Shown piece by piece: positions 63,432-64,000 of a stretch of DNA of 64,000 nt. Positions within the stretch are counted from its first letter, which is position 1; the number at the start of each line of letters is the position of its first letter. The translations under genes and the position numbers were made by a program. Origin of the DNA: the human T2T-CHM13v2.0 reference genome, Homo sapiens. The notes under the pieces are model-generated. The model ran no database searches. It was not told the origin of the DNA and was given only the letters and a program-made list of their open reading frames with translations. The stretch is taken from the NCBI RefSeq assembly GCF_009914755.1, contig NC_060935.1; one strand, 5' to 3'.

Positions 63432-63793
63432 GGCCAGGCACAGTGGCTCATGTCTGTAATCCCAGCACTTTGGGATTACTTGAGAGGACCTTCTTGCCGT
63501 GTCCTCACATGGCAGAAAATGAAAGGGCACACAGGGGGATCGAGGCGGGTGGATCACTTGAAGTCAGGAGTTGGAGACAAGCCTGGCCAACATGATGAAA
63601 CCCCATCTCTATTAAAAATACAAAAATTAGCCAGGTGTGGTGGTGCATGCCTATAGTCCTAGCTACTCAGGAGGCCGAGGCAGGAGAATTGCTTGAACCC
63701 AGGAGGTGGAGGTTGCAGTGAGCCGAGATCGTACCACTACGCTCCCGCCTGGGCGACAGAGCCAGATTCCATCTCAAAATAAATAAATAAATA
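63432..63793 (+). mobile_element. AluS carrying an internal insertion of about 59 bp
   Basis: Full dimer with (AAAT)n tail. TSD aaggctgttcc on both sides. Foreign sequence at 63476-63534. Confidence 0.93.
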
Positions 63794-64000
63794 AAGGCTG
63801 TTCCAACTATATAGGAGTTCAGGATACTGGCAAGGGTGTGATTAAAGTGAAGGACCAGGTGTTCCCAGCTGTGCAGGCAAAGAAGTGCAGTGAGGAAAGC
63901 ATGCAGTACGGCTGCGTAGAGCACTCCCAGCAAAGCAGGTGGGCAAAGCAAACACACAGGGCCTGGAGGTGTGGAAGGGGTGCAAGGTTTGGACTTTAAA

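Overview
Human (primate) genomic DNA, recognisable as chromosome 11p15.5. It carries three genes. ASCL2 is on the minus strand with a single coding exon (3210-3791, 193-aa bHLH factor) in a CpG island. C11orf21 is on the minus strand with three coding exons giving 132 aa. TSPAN32 is on the plus strand with ten coding exons (35594-51241) that splice to exactly 320 aa, head-to-head with C11orf21. The rest is dense in repeats: old L1s, Alus, a solo LTR13, ERVL pol relics, MaLR LTRs, a Tigger3, a U6-L1 chimeric retrocopy and several minisatellites, including a 1.7-kb L1-derived VNTR with a 483-bp higher-order duplication. I see no convincing new gene system. The least-explained signal is four short (55-150 bp) local direct duplications, each 1.6-1.8 kb from its partner. 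Two sit beside inverted copies and one lies inside an Alu, which suggests recurrent template-switch insertions. The last coding exon and poly(A) signal of TSPAN32 also appear to be transposon-derived. Repeat family names come from recalled consensus sequences and repeat boundaries are approximate. Exon coordinates were checked by GT-AG boundaries and frame arithmetic.
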